64,000 nucleotides of DNA from Lophium mytilinum (Eukaryota): contig MU004186.1 in NCBI GenBank assembly GCA_010093605.1, positions 637,765 to 701,764 on the forward strand. The letters are read 5' to 3'. The notes beneath the pieces are model-generated. The model did not search any database. It had not been told where the DNA came from and was given only the letters and a program-made list of their open reading frames with translations. This document shows positions 48,555-62,137 of the stretch, in pieces. Positions within the stretch are counted from its first letter, which is position 1, and every line of letters starts with the position of its first letter. Made by a program: the position numbers and the translations under genes.

Positions 48555-51500
48555 ATGGCTAGAACTGTTGCGGATACCCTGCGAGAGGTCACGGAGGAGA
48601 TGACCGACCTCGCAACTCGCGGACAGCGCATCGCGTTCGGCTTGATGGCAATCAACAATGTCACTGCCGATCACAATTCCACCCTGAATTCGGTCGTCTG
48701 CAAGCTTTTTGCCCTTGTCGGCGTGTCCAACCTCTTGAAGGACCTCCTCAAGGTTGGATCCCGTGACAAGGATCCAGTTCTACCTCTCTTAACTCTTCAA
48801 GATCTTCGACATGCAACAGATTTGCTACAGACGTGGAAAGTCGCGCTTCTGAACGTTGGGCCGCTCATCATCGAGTCGGATACCCACATATATTCTCAAC
48901 GATTTCGATCCCCTACCACTGGTCCACCTAATTGCCGTTTCCCTGAGATAGCGATGGCAAACTCACTCGTTCGCATCTCGGATTGCTTGAAGGGCTTCTC
49001 TCTTCTCGTCAGTTCTGCACGTATACAGGAACTTCAGCGACAATTTAGTGGTAACTATTCTACTGGGTAAGTGTTCAATTTCTGCTATCGCTGCTCATTT
49101 GCCTCGGCTCCTAGCTTTTCAGCGGCGTCTTACTAATATTGCCTTGCAGAAACGACACGCTCGAGAGCGAGTCGAGAAAGGAAGAGTACAGACTCGTAGA
49201 GACTACACAGAGCCTCAGACGCCAGAACGATCGCACGTCCGTGCTAGGGACCGGACCGCCACTTCTTCAGTCCCAGCAGTCTAGTGGGGGGGTATTCGGC
49301 TTTCAGACCCAAGCCCCATCTCTCGTGAGCTTGAATCCCTCACAGACTTACACCGCCGTCGACATCAAAGAACTACAGCACCCACGCGGATTCCGAGGAC
49401 GATATGGAGAGCCCGACTACCCATTCTTGGATAAGCGACCACACGTCCAGCTAAACCCGCCTGAATTCGGGTTGACGTTTAACAAAAGCTTTGAAGAATG
49501 CGAGTTGGAACGAAGGGAACTCAGGTTTGTCCGGAACATGCCTTACAGTCACGAGCTAGCTACTGATGCCTGTCACAGCCGCAAAGGGAAGTATCCTGAA
49601 TCAGTGATGTTTTCGAATTGGCCACCTGCGTTCGTCAAGAACACCGTTCAAGGCCCGCAAGAGGTGCCTGAGAAATTACCCGAGAAATCCGACAGCAAAG
49701 CACAAATCTCACAAACCATTGAGAAAAGCCATGAACAGGTGACGAAAGAAGCAGATTCGACACCTAGGTAAGCAAACAACGCACATTGAAGGATCCCACA
49801 AGCTAACAAGATGAAATAGACTCCACCGGGAAGTCTCTGTTGATACTAAATCCGAATTCGAGGTCCTCTCGCACTCCGAGGCCGGGGTCAACACGCCGAA
49901 CACTACCCGCGATAACACTCCAGTCCCAGAGCCGAAATCCGGAACACCCGTGAAAGAAGAAGAATCTCGCCAAGATCAGAAGACTGTCATGCCTGTGTCA
50001 GCTACAACTCAAAAGTCCAATGGACCTCAGCCAATCAAAGAAGATGTTGCTACATCTACCGAAAAAGCGGATTTTGAGGATGTCATGGAGGCCTATATGC
50101 TTACTCCTTGTGGGGAGCAGATCCGTGATATCGTTGAATGGTCCACTAAAATTCACAAGATGCCTCTGGAGCCGGAGCAAGTTGCCGCTCATGTGAAGAA
50201 GCTGGGTAAAAAGTACTCCGTAATTGACACAATCGCAAATATAAGCCCAGAGGAATGGAGGACCATCCGAGCTTATGCCAAACCGCGAAGTGGAACCGTG
50301 GTGTCTATTCAGAGATCCCACATGTCCAACATGCCTACTATGCTTGGCGTTATTGCAATCCCATCGCTCATGTTTGTTATGAAGATCCCTAAGATTCCCA
50401 GTAATATACGATCTGGAGACAACGCATCCATTGCATCTGAACCGTCTTCTCAATTCGGCGGGTTCAGGGGTGGCCTTTTCGGCCGCAGCCAACCCAACAC
50501 CATGCCCAGTGGTTTCTTTGGTACAAAGCCAGAGGAAGAGGAGCATATCGGAATGACGCGACGCCCGTCGTGGGACCCTGAAGCTACAAATGGATTCGCC
50601 AACACTGGAAGGCTAGGCGGGCTTTTTGGCTCCCATCAACCTACAAGTAGTCTGTTCGGTAATCCTAGCAGCAGACAGCCGTCGCTCTTTAGCAACTTCA
50701 GCAACGCTCGCCCATCGCTATTTGCCAATACAACATCATCTACTGTCGAGAACGCGCAACCAATGTTCCACAGCATGTCCAACGATGCACTGCCGTCGCC
50801 CTTCAGCAACTTTCAAAACGCGCAGCCGTCGCGGGTCAGCAACTCTCAAAATGTGCGACCATCGCCGCTCAGCAACGTACAGCCAACAGCTTGCAGTAAT
50901 CCTCAGCCATCGCCCTTCAGCCAGCCCAACAACAATCAGCGGACAGGGGGTCTTTTTGGCTCATTATTTGGGGCCACGCCAAGACAGCCAGCACAACATT
51001 TCTCTAACTGGGGAGTTCCTGTCTCTAAGCCAGCTTCTGCCTCTACAGGAGGCTTGTTCGCAACCCTCGGTGGAGTTACAACGGCTGGCAATACTAGCAG
51101 CGGAGGTTTCGGTGCCAACTCCGCTAGGAACGATGCTCCAAATACTAGCACAGCCGATTCTAAGGTCGTTAACTTAGGTGAGGGACCTAAAGACTTAGCC
51201 GCCACAGCCGGTGCAGAGTCATCTCAGCCCAAAGCTCCAGAATCGAAGAAGGAGGGACCTCGCGCCACTCCCGTCGAGGGTCCAGACTCGAACATCTCTC
51301 CATCCGCAGAATGGTTCGATGAACTTCTCTCAACGCCGTTCGGTCACGTACCCTCATTCAGTCTCTTTACACCTGCACCGCCGAACCCCCAGCCAAAGCC
51401 GTCCCTCTTCGGAACCCCTTCCTTGCCTGGCGCAGAAACCCCAAAGCCCTTCGGTACACCACCCTCCTCTGGCCCGTTCGCCCAATACGCCGGTCCGACC

Positions 51501-51965
51501 TCCGCGTTCGCGACCTCCGCGCCCGAGAAACAGGAGTCCGTTTTCACGAAGAAGACCAGCGAGCCGGTCAAGGGACCGGGCCCAGCACGGACGTTTGGGC
51601 GGAAGGAGCACTTTAGAGCTGGGCCGTTCCCCCCAGTCCCAGGTGTTGCGCCGCCGCAGAATCTGCGGGACCAACGACAAGAGGCAGATAGTCAAGTCAT
51701 CATGGGAAGGGAGGCGCAGGATTTAATGATGACGATGCAGATGATGTGGCAGGAAAAGCGGATCGCCGGCATAATGGCGGCGCAGCAGGCTGAGAGCGCC
51801 AGCGCTGGTGCCGATGCGAGTGCCAGTAGCTCTCCTCAGACGGAGATGCGGAAATCCCTTTTTGGTGCTGCGGAGTCGGCGACGCAGGAGGAAGAAGAGG
51901 TTTCGAAGACTCCGGAGGAGGCGGACGAGTCGGTGGAGGGGAAGGTGAAGGAGACCCCTAAGTAG
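48555..51965 (+). CDS. Large hypothetical protein with low-complexity FG/GLFG/SLFG-rich region; introns ~49067-49149 and ~49767-49819
   Basis: ORFs 48555-49070, 49139-49771 and 49950-51965 are separated by GTAAG...CTAA(T/C)...AG introns; more than 10 xxFG/SLF motifs. Confidence 0.7.
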
Positions 51966-52529
51966 AGTGACTAGTTTACAGCGTTGATCACAGGGATATT
52001 GGAGATTGATTGATCGATCGAAGGAGTTGGAATATATCGCTCTGGAGCCATGGAGTTTTGCGATTTTAGCGGGAATACCAGAATGAATTAGAGATGGTTT
52101 ATTTTCAACGGAGAATGCCTGGAGGGTAGGCTGATTGGGAGAAAGTCACATTTCTAAACATCAAAGTGATGGAAGCGGAGAGAATTTTACATTTCGCAAC
52201 TATGTATGTGAATTTTGAGTGGTGTGAATTAGACACATGTGAGTTGTGAAAGACCGGCGGGATGTGAATTGATCAACAGTGACTTGAGACATATGAGCGG
52301 GGGCTTGTCTGGAGTTTGCAGTGAATCGATGCATAGTATTGCTTTGGACTGTAAATTAAGAGAATGGCGGGGGTAAACGAGGGGTGTGACTTTGATATTA
52401 GATAAAGGGTGAATTGCAAAGACTTAGAAACAAATTACTTCGTAAGGCTGGCTCTTGCGACTAAGAGCAGAGCTAAGCAAACCCTTGCTCGAACCTATGA
52501 ATTAAACTGTGGAATTGGGGGAATGTTGG

Positions 52530-53105
52530 AGGGTGTGAAATGTGCTAACGGGAGCCAGTCCGCGCGATTTGGAGTTAGTTTGGGCATACTATTGCTGGAG
52601 TCTACAAATTAGACAGCTGCACGATGTGAAAGACTAGCTAATGTGAATTAGACGTCAGGAAAAGGGTAAATTACAGTGTGGTGAGGTGTGTTAACTGGAG
52701 CCAGTCCGTGCGATTTAGCAACAATTTAGGCATACTGTTGCTAGAGATTGTGAATCACACACTTGCCTACAGTAAGAGTTTGGCGGGTGTGAATTAGACG
52801 TCGAGAAAATGCTATTTTACAGTATGATGAGATGTGCTAACGGGAGCCAGTCCGGGTGATTTCAATTCAATCTCAGCATACTATTGCTCGACACTTTAAA
52901 TTAGAGCGTTGAATTGGGTCACTTTTTGACGATGTGAGATGTATAAACGGGAGCAGTCCGTGCGATTGAGTGTCGGTTTTGGCATGCTATTGCTCGACGC
53001 TTTAGATCAGAGCATCGATTTTAAGGTACCTTTTAGGGGTGTGATATGTCTAAGCGGGAGCCAGTCCGTGCGATTTGGGGGTCGATTTTGGCATATTATT
53101 GCCCG
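52530..53105. repeat. Degenerate direct-repeat array, 5 copies of a ~65-bp core at 146/145/107/107-bp spacing
   Basis: Core (G)ATGTG(C/T)TAAC(G)GGAGCCAGTCCG(T)GCGATTT-N~10-T(T)GGCATA(C)TATTGCT, with GGAG(C)CAGTC at about 52551, 52697, 52842, 52949 and 53057; GTGAATT(AGAC) words recur from ~52200. Confidence 0.8.
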
Positions 53106-53556
53106 AGCGTGGGAATGAGGGGGAGTTGTGATGGGTATGGAGATTTTGTTCGAGTATTGTAGATTAGGTTCTCTACTACGCATTTGGTATTTATTGCGCC
53201 GGAAACCCCCGTAGCCTATCATTGCAATTCACACGCACTTGTAAGGATGTGAGTGAGCTTCAATGATGACCCACTAATTGAGCATCCAGGACGTATTTTG
53301 CTATTGTGACTGCTTCTGCTTGTGGCTTTTCTTACTACAGGCATGGGTTGTAGCCAAGCGAAAGCGGCGTTGATTTTAGGTGCAGAAACATGATAGATGT
53401 GGAGACTCACTTGATACACTAGGCTTGGAGAATCTTGCTTTTGAGAAGTGACTCGCTTCATGATTCCAGATGTGACCAAGACCTTCCCAATGCCATATAT
53501 TGGACCAGTATGATACAAACTATTTCTACAAAAGTTACAAGTTGTACAGCGCTGGC

Positions 53557-54746
53557 CTACCTGTCCGTCAACATGTTCTGTATCGCGCTCCAGTATTTTT
53601 GGTTGACCACTTTTTGCACCTCCTCTTTTGTAAGCCACTTGAAGTCTTTAATACCGAGCTTGTTGTCCTCGAGACTTGCTTGGCCTGCCATTATCCGCGC
53701 CTTCATGAAGAAGATTTTCTCACCCAGCGCTTCCACGTTCGCGCGCTCCGGATGTGGTCGCCGTTTTACGTAGTCGAAGCTGTAGTGACCGACTGGCACA
53801 TTGCCAACAACCCAGGTGTTCATATTGAGGCCACCGTTGTGAACAAGAACACGCTCTGCCGCCTGCACATCATCACGTTAGCCAGCGTCTCTCCCAAACA
53901 TCTCCAGACCATCCACTCACCTGATGCAAGGTCTCCCTCCCTTGAATTTGATCATCGGGCAACACCCACCGGCCCTCCTTATTCTGCACCACAAGATACA
54001 AGCTCCGCTGCATCAACCGATCCAAGCTCCTCTGATCTCCCTTCCGATCCGCCTCCGTCTCCCGTGGCATCGGCCGCTCTATAGGCTCCGCCTTCTTCTT
54101 ACTCGCCTCCGCGGCGATCTCCACGCCCGCCTCTGCTACCGCCGCCCCCTCCATCCCCTTCGCCGCATCAGCCCCCGTGCTCTCCGGCGCACTCGCATCC
54201 GCATCCTCCAGCAGCCGCTCCACCTGCCACGCGGGCTCCGCCTCTTTCGCACCCACCAACACCTCATCATTCCAGCCCTCCGGGCCATATGGATTGTAGA
54301 CCCCAATGTCACGGGCGGGCGTGAGGCGCTGCTTCATCTTGCGCTTCCAGTCGATGTCGGCAGGTGTGTCTTTCTTGAAGTAGAAGTATCTCGGAAACGG
54401 GAGTGCGAGGCGCTCATTTAACCGCCGTTGATAGAGAAAGAAGGATTTCTCGAAGGGGTGGAGGTCGCGGGTCAGGAGGGGCGGGCGGGAGAGCACGACG
54501 CCGGCGCGGACTTGGTAGGATTGGGCGAGGGAGGTCGAGGTAACGGGAGGGATGGAGGAGAGCTGGGCTTGTGTTTCGGGCGCCGGGGCGGTGGCGGTTG
54601 CGGCGGAGGAGTAGGGGGAGATGCGGGCATGGCATATTGAGGGCCCTGGGATGGAGGTTAATTGGGGGTTGGAGGGGATGGGGGAGGGCATTGGGTGTAC
54701 CTTTTCGAGAGGCAATGTGCCTCGCGCTTCTGTGACCGGCGTTCAT
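53557..54746 (-). CDS. MRPL17: Mitochondrial large ribosomal subunit protein mL46, multi-exon
   Basis: AGVVLSRPPLLTRDLHPFEKSFFLYQRRLNERL, RETEADRKGDQRSLDR, GLNMNTWVVGNVPVG, EKIFFMKARIMAGQ, DFKWLTKEE. Confidence 0.9.
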
Positions 54747-55929
54747 GATGGCGGTTGCATTGCCTGGTGTGGTGATAGGTCTGGCGCGCTCAATCCTCAA
54801 TATCATGCCGTGTCGTTTGGAGTCTCGCGTCCAAAAATTGTGAGAGATGAACTAGCGGCAGCACGTGATGTAAAACGCACGGGCCCTCCCTTCGAGACTT
54901 TTCTTCGAGATTCTCGAGTTCTGTTCTTCTTCATCTACACGGCACAATTCCTTATCACCAACAGCTCGTAATTCTCCGGAGCTTTTGGCCATTTAAAGGT
55001 GCCTAGAGAAGATGAGGGCAGTCTTTTTCGCTAGCGATACCTGAAGCTTTATGGTGTATGGCTAGATAGATTTTGCGCACATATTATCCTGCTGAGGGTG
55101 TTTTGACATCAAGACCATTATTCGTATTCAGGAAGAATAACTTAAGAGAATGCAATTCGAGATGGAAAGATTGTAATTGTTGCTGCGGACAGAGTATCCA
55201 AGCAAATGCCTGGTCGAAAGGATATCTAGTGAAGGGACCCGTAGACGACCAGCGTCGGTTGATATTTTCTACGTTGTATACCAAATTTTATATTGATCTA
55301 CAGGAGTATCATTGCACTCATTCGTGCAAACCACATCCTATTGAAAAATTCCAAAACGCTTCTCACTACGCTCCTCCTTGTTCTTCCAGTTGGTAAGGAA
55401 GCATTCCATCTAGACTGTGAGACTTCGTGTCTGTCCCCGCGCCCACGCCTTGTTGATGACTCCTCCTAGCTCAGTGCTTCCACACAGGCAATTGGACATT
55501 CAAGACTAGGAGGGCTATCAGAGGGGAAACAGCCATTGTGTCTACGGCCAACTCTTCTGTTACAAAAGCGCAAATTAGCCTCCAGTAAAGCAGTAATTTT
55601 ACCAGATATAGGCGCTGGTGTTTTCAAAGATTCTTAGAGTGGTTTGAAGAATAGCGTGATGGAAGGAGTGCCTTAGTTGGAAAGAATCGTTGCTTTCATG
55701 TCAAGGTAGTAAAAGCAGACGACAATTATCCTGTATGATTTACTCACCAGTATGGTCAATCTCGAGTGCTTTAGGATTGAGTGCTTAGCCAAAAGACGCA
55801 TTGCCTTAAAGTGCCCCAGAGGAGAAAATGCTATTGGACATCATAACTAGTGTTACACTACTCACACAATCATAATATAAAACAATTGAATAGTCATTTA
55901 CAAGAAAACTCATCCCTACCGAGAAACCT

Positions 55930-57008
55930 CTACGCATCCGCCTTCATCAGCTTACTCTTGAGCTCGACAGCCGGAGCTTCTTCTCCAGGATCCCCTTTAA
56001 ACGTCCACCCAGCCGCAATCTCAGCATCACTCGCTTCCCCCAGTCTCCTCACCTCCCTCCGCATCCAGCTCACAATCTCCGCAATCGCCTTCACATCGGC
56101 GGCGGGGTCGGCTTTAAAGACATTCCGCCATACCGCAGCGGCCAAAACGGCATCGCCCTTCACTAATCCCTCGTCATAAGCGGCCAGCACGCCACGCCAC
56201 TGGATCCACAAGTCTTTGAGATACTTGTTCCGCACTCCGCGCGCAACCATGCCGTGGTAGGTCTCCATGCGGTCCTCCGCATTGTGAAAGAAGTGGTCCA
56301 GGAGATGCTGGTGCCAGGCTGGAGCATGAGCTTTAGGGAAGAGGCGGAAGCGCACAGTAAGGAGGTACATATGAAGGAAAGTAACTTGGGCCCAGGTGTT
56401 GAAAGTCGGAGTCAAGCCCAGAGCTGGATGGTATTAGCGATTGATTCCCGCACTCTGCATAGAACTCAAAGGTGCTCTTACAATCATACCACCAACCCGT
56501 GCCCACGCCCAAGTCTTCGCCTGCGTCGTTCTTCGGCGCGACGCCCCCTTCGTCAATCTGGGGTACTGTGTAGTTGCCGGCCCGCGAGCACTCGAGGAAT
56601 AGTGGCTGGGTGGCGCCATATGCGATATAGGTTTCCGTGGTTCCCGAAGCTCGTTTCCTGAGCTCGCTTGCTAACCTTGCTGTTGTGGAAGCTGGTAATG
56701 GCGACTTCCCAGGAGATGCGACCTTGGGGGGTGCGGTGATAGACTCGGCACCTTCGATCACTTTGTCGGACTCTGCGGGCGCACCGGAGGTAGGTTTCGA
56801 GTTGGATTTTCGAGGCAGCTGGATTTCAGAGGCGAAGGCTCTTAAAGAGGTATTGGGGAGGAGATGCGATGGTTTATGCGGTGCTCGGCGGGCCTACAGA
56901 AATTAGAGGTGGTACGTATAGGAGAAGGGCATTACGGACCGGCGCAACGACCTTCGTCCGTTTGACAAGAGCGCTTAAGCATGCGCTACAGGTGTAGTTG
57001 GAAGCCAT
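55930..57008 (-). CDS. CBP3: Ubiquinol-cytochrome c reductase assembly chaperone (Cbp3/UQCC1), multi-exon
   Basis: TETYIAYGAT, PTFNTWAQVTFLHMYLLTVRFR, LKDLWIQWRGVLAAYDEGLVKGDAVLAAAVWRNVF. Confidence 0.92.
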
Positions 57009-57325
57009 TGATAGTGAGGTGGGGTGGACTGCTGGCTTTTGCGCGGTGGTGGAAGTTACACATGCAGCTTGAGAAAAATCGCGAGTCGTGTATGGATGAT
57101 CTCACCATTCAGGCGCCCTTTTTGTCTGTGCAGAATTCTCCACCGTCGTTCGGAACCAATCAAATAATCTTAAATATAATAAAACATTGTATGTTTAGAT
57201 TAAAGTCATGCTTGAAGAAGAGCATGCTAGATTGCATAAAACTCTATTTGTTGCATTGATGCTAAGTTGAAAGCACTTCTTTATTCACCTATATACACAT
57301 GATCGCATCACGTCGTGTCCACCCC

Positions 57326-58228
57326 TTATAGGGCTCCCAACTCCTTTAGCTTTCCAATCATGCCATCAACATCATCGACCTTCACGCCGCCCTTCCTTGG
57401 TGGTGGTTCCGTCACCTTGAGAGTCTTTAACCTCGCCGAAAAATCACCCTCATAGTCCTTCAACGTCTTCTTCGCCAATGGCTTCTTCTTCGCCTTCATG
57501 ATATTCGGCAAGCTGGCATATCTCGGCTCATTCAACCGCAGATCCGTCGTGATGATTAGCGGTAGCTTCGCCCTCAGCGTCTCCACGCCCCCATCCACCT
57601 CCCTCGTAACCGTCACACTATCCCCCTCGATCGTGACCTTCGACGCCTGCGTCGCCTGCGGCCAATTCAACAGCCCCGCAAGAACCTGCCCCGTCTGATT
57701 CGCGTCATCATCGATGCTCTGCTTGCCCAATATGACCAAGTTGCTCTTCTCCTGCCCCACCACCTGCTGTAGTAGCTTGGCGACGCCTAGCGGCTCTAGC
57801 TGTTCCGATTCCTCGACGACAACGTGGATGCCGCGGTCTGCGCCCATGGCCATGGCGGTGCGCAGTACGTCTTGCGCTTTTGGCGGCCCGGCGCTGAAGG
57901 CGACGATTTCCTCGACGGGGACTTTACGCTCGCGGAGACGCACGGCTTCTTCGATGGAGAGCTCGTCGAATGGGTTCATGCTGTGTTTTACATTTGCGGT
58001 TTCGACGGCGGTTTGGGCGCGGTTGACTCGTGGTTTGACCTGCGGTATCGGAGCTGTTAGCAAAGGATAGTTGGGATGAAAGGTAGTAGATTTCGAAGGT
58101 CCCAGGAGTTATATTGTAGAGCCAATGTAGCATATGTCTTTGAAGTGACTTGAAAAGAGGGAAGATTCAGTGCGTACAGCATAGTCGATGACCCGTTTGA
58201 TGGGTACTAATATCCTGAGGCCAGACAT
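57326..58228 (-). CDS. ETFB: Electron transfer flavoprotein beta subunit; one intron
   Basis: MSGLRILVPIKRVIDYA|VKPRVN, SMNPFDELSIEEAVRL, LGKQSIDDDANQTGQ, DLRLNEPRYASLPNIMKAKKK. Confidence 0.96.
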
Positions 58229-59030
58229 GGTGCGATGTGTGGGAAGAGTGGTGGTGAAGCTTGCTCAGGAGCTATAGGGATTCTCTGTAGTGCCAGGGTG
58301 CAATTGATAGCGTTGTCAAGCTTCAAGAGGCGTCAAGGTGACAACAAGGTGGAAAGTCGTCGAGCTTTGGAAGATCTCGGGCCAAAGTCGTGCACGAAGT
58401 CCTCGGCTGCGGGGAAGAGCCGGGTTTAGCCACGCGATCACCGCCTCCTTTGGCCCTTGACAACACCACGACACAAGTTCGTTTTAGAATTATATTTTGT
58501 CTCTTTCGGGAATACTTTGCTACTAGTCTCATCACTACTCCTCGAGGGTAGCTCTCTAAACGCGTAACTAATAAGAATATCTACCAAGTGCATCCCTTCA
58601 AGCTATCCAGTCGGGCAGAACCAGGCTCAAAAGTCCCTGGGTAAGCTGCAAATTTAATCTAGCATCACCAGACAATGTCGAACGAAAAAGAAGGAAGAAA
58701 TCGTTAGACACTTTAAACTGTCCTCACTACGCAAATGCGAAGTTCATCCTGATATCCTTTTCACTCTATTACCGCTTCCTGAAGTCCTCCAATATCTTCC
58801 CAGATATCCAGACCATATCTAGAATGCGAAAGCGCGTAAATCAGACTCCTAGCAATGTAGATTTTGATACTCTCCTGCCAGCGTCTGTTGTCCTTCGTTG
58901 CTTTTTCTAGTCCAAGCAAAATGTCAAGAGCTAGACAACGCAAACAAACAGCGTTCCCGAAAGGCTATGATCTATTACGGTCACATATTTCTAGAAAGCA
59001 GAGGATATACGGAGTAGGTACTATCCCTTT

Positions 59031-61261
59031 CTACCAGGTCTCCTGCTTATATCGTCCACTCTTTTCCATGCCATCCATGTATGCCTCCGCGTCCTCACGG
59101 GTCAGACTGCCTTGTTGCTGAAAGACCTCAATGAGAGCTTCCCGTACGGCCTGTGGCATTTTACCAGAAGATCTGTGCATCCACTCGTCAGCTCGAGGCT
59201 CAAGGCATTTGGAGATTCTCTACTAGCGTCTGCTTACCCACAAATATACAGGATTCCATTCTGCGTTGCAAGCGCCTCGTAGACTCGGGATGCATGAGTG
59301 CGAACGAGATCCTGAACGTAGACTTTACTCCTCTACCGAATGGGTCAGCCAGGAATATCACGCAACCAAAAGCTGTTCCAACGTACTTGGTCTCTCGAGA
59401 AAGCGGGAAAGACATCAAGCGCCACGCCATCGCTCTGTAGCCCTGCCCACTCGTCTTTGAAGAAGAAATCCGCCTCCGCGTTCCGACAACCGAAGAACAA
59501 GACATCTCTCAGGCCGTGTGTATCTTTATTTTCGTTCGTACCATGGAGCACGTCGTGCCTTCTCCAAGCCACCCGCTCATATATGAGCGCCCTCATCGGC
59601 GCCACACCTGTGCCCGGACCTACCATAACGACTGGCCGGTCACTATCTGCGTTTGACACGCCCAAACCGCCTTTCTGGAGCGTGACACTGAGAGATTGGC
59701 CTGGTTGCAAAGAAGCAACGTAGCGTGTGCAGACTCCTTGCCGTAATCGTTTGATGACTGTACGGTATTTCACTATGGCAATCAGAAGTTCGAACCGAGT
59801 CTCGCTTGCATGGTCCTCCTTCTCACTTCCATGTTCTTGACCATCCCTAAAAGCCGCGTCTTTGAGCCTACCACCGCTTGCAATACTAAACTGACGCCCC
59901 CGCATCGCAGGTATGACCGAGCATACGCGTTGCCAAGGTATCTGTACGCTTTCGAATTCCTGCAGCACCTCGAGGATGCTTCGACGGGGTCGGGTGGTGT
60001 AGTCGTATAGCTCGTCGATGTACTGGGGATCTGTGAATTCCAAAAGTCGGTCTCGGTGATAAGTATCGGCTGTGTAATGGGCTAGCTGCGAGAAAAATGA
60101 GCGTCTCGGGATAGCCATTATATCGAGGTGTTTAGTGAGAAGTGATCGGAGGGTTGTAGACGAGCCGGGCGTCAGGTTTGGGAGCGGACGTCCTTGAGTG
60201 GTGGTGTTTTCGGTGGTGGATGTGGAGATGAACTTGATTGAGACATCGGCTATATCGGTCCAATTCATTGCGGTCAAGAACAGGTCGACGTCGGGTGCAA
60301 AGTTCTTGGGGTAGATGGTTAAGATATCTCCTGGATTGTAGGTTTGGTGTCCTGGTGTGGTAAGAGTGAGATGGCGGACATCTTGCCAGTGAGTGTCGGG
60401 CGTAACGCGGGTGTTCGAGGCAACTGTTGCGGTTAGGCTGTTTGTCACAGCAAGGAGGTCTTCGAATGGGATATCCGGAGCCCCGATGTGATCAGTAGGT
60501 CGAGCAGAGGGAGTGCGAGAGACATCTACGGTATCCGAAGTTTCGAGGAGCCACTTCGGTTCAAGCAAGACGTCATCGTGAATTGGTTTAAAGTCTCCCG
60601 GGAGAGGGTAGGCTTGCAGCAAGGACTCGCGTAGCTTCAGCAACCAAGGAATAAAGCTGCCGTCTACCCTGGATAGAGCGTTAGCATGTCTGACGTTGGT
60701 CCGGAGTCAAAGACAGGTGACGAACCCTTCAGGATGCTGTTCATCAGACTCCCCGCGGTCGCATATTGTGTCTGCACCAAGTTGGATGAGGCGGTTATAC
60801 AGCTTCCTGTGCGCCCAGTTGAATCTGTGCAATGTTCAGTACCCCTGGAATGACGGTTCGGGAAGCTAGGAGCTCACTTGGGATACGATGTATCTCCCAG
60901 ACCAAATGAGGCAAACCGTAACCGACTTAAGCATCCCGGCTGCAGCCGCTTACTGCGCAGAGCTCTCCAAAAGGTGAGGGCATTCGCCGGCAAGTCGCCT
61001 TGGCCGGTGGTGGAGATGCTTATGAGGACAACAGAGTACTGCAACAGTTGCTTCTAAAGATTCTATCAGCTACAGAGAGACTACGAACGCTACCCCTATA
61101 TCACATACAATGCTAACCGAATTGAACTCGCACACCTGAGTGCTAAATCGAAGACGCTCTGCCGTCCGGCCCAGCTCCTCGGCCACCTCCTGGGAGTTGC
61201 CTGTCTCGGAACCGTACAGAACGAGCGCAGTCCTACCAGCAAGCGCAGCCTCCATAGCCAT
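59031..61261 (-). CDS. TAH18: NADPH-dependent diflavin oxidoreductase 1, multi-exon
   Basis: LYGSETGNSQEVA flavodoxin loop, STTGQGDLP, LYDYTTRPRRSILEVL, RQFSIAS, MVGPGTGVAP, LFFGCR; ends RYKQETW*. Confidence 0.93.
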
Positions 61262-62137
61262 TCCTACTCACTTCAGAACTTGTCTCTCACCTGCAGCTTG
61301 AGAGCGAGGGCCACGGGTCTTGCCGTACCGCAGTGGGGTCCAAGGGCCTTTCTATAGGTAGTTCTTTGCGCTTGCAACAGTGAGAAAAGGTGGCGGCCGA
61401 CATCGGTCCCTTTGGCTGGCAGGCGCGATATATCTGTCTCAAGGGGCTAGTCAAACAACGTCCAGGTGGATCATAGGCTTCCTATAGGCGCCTTCGTACT
61501 GCCTGGAAGTGTGCAGAGTGCAGGGCAGGAGGGTGTGCACAATGAATCTCGTAATAGAGTGGAGCTGTGGGCTGTGGCGGCTTCCACCCGACTTCTAGCG
61601 CGTCCACGGCGCCCCAGTGTTCCTCCTGCACCCAAGCAAGATGCAGCCTCGATGCCGCTGCAGCAGAGTGGAGCTGTCGCTCTATCAAGGCGGAGGCAGC
61701 TGTGACGAAGTAAAATACAGTAAGATACAGCAGCGGCGCAGGGCGGACGCGCTCCCATTGGCTGCCCTGCCGCATCATCGTTTCGCCGGCGGCTAGCGCA
61801 CCTGGCACCTTATTATTTTCTCCTGCGAGACTCCTTTCCAACTCCTCGTCAACGTCAAGTCAAACACAAGTCCACCAAGCTCCCATCAACCCAGCACCCA
61901 TCCACGCTCTTCGGGCACCTAGCTACCCAGCACAACTCCCTCTCGTCAACCAGTTCCACCACCCGGCGGTCAACGACAACCCCCTTCCACCTCCAAAACC
62001 AGTTCACAGGCAGCCCTCACCGGCCACCAAGGACACCAGAGTTTTCCTCAACCTCTGCACGACTCTAGTACTTCGCTCCAAGAAGTACTTCAGCCCATCC
62101 ACTTCAGTTCGTGTCATCAACCAAAACTTCAAGCACC

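Noticed and set aside
52530..53105. CRISPR-like array
   Set aside because: Eukaryotic context, degenerate repeats, spacers related to each other and irregular, no cas genes.
53557..61261. Functional cluster of mitochondrial/redox genes (mL46, CBP3, ETFB, TAH18) on one strand
   Set aside because: Different pathways and no shared regulatory motif seen; ordinary microsynteny is sufficient.
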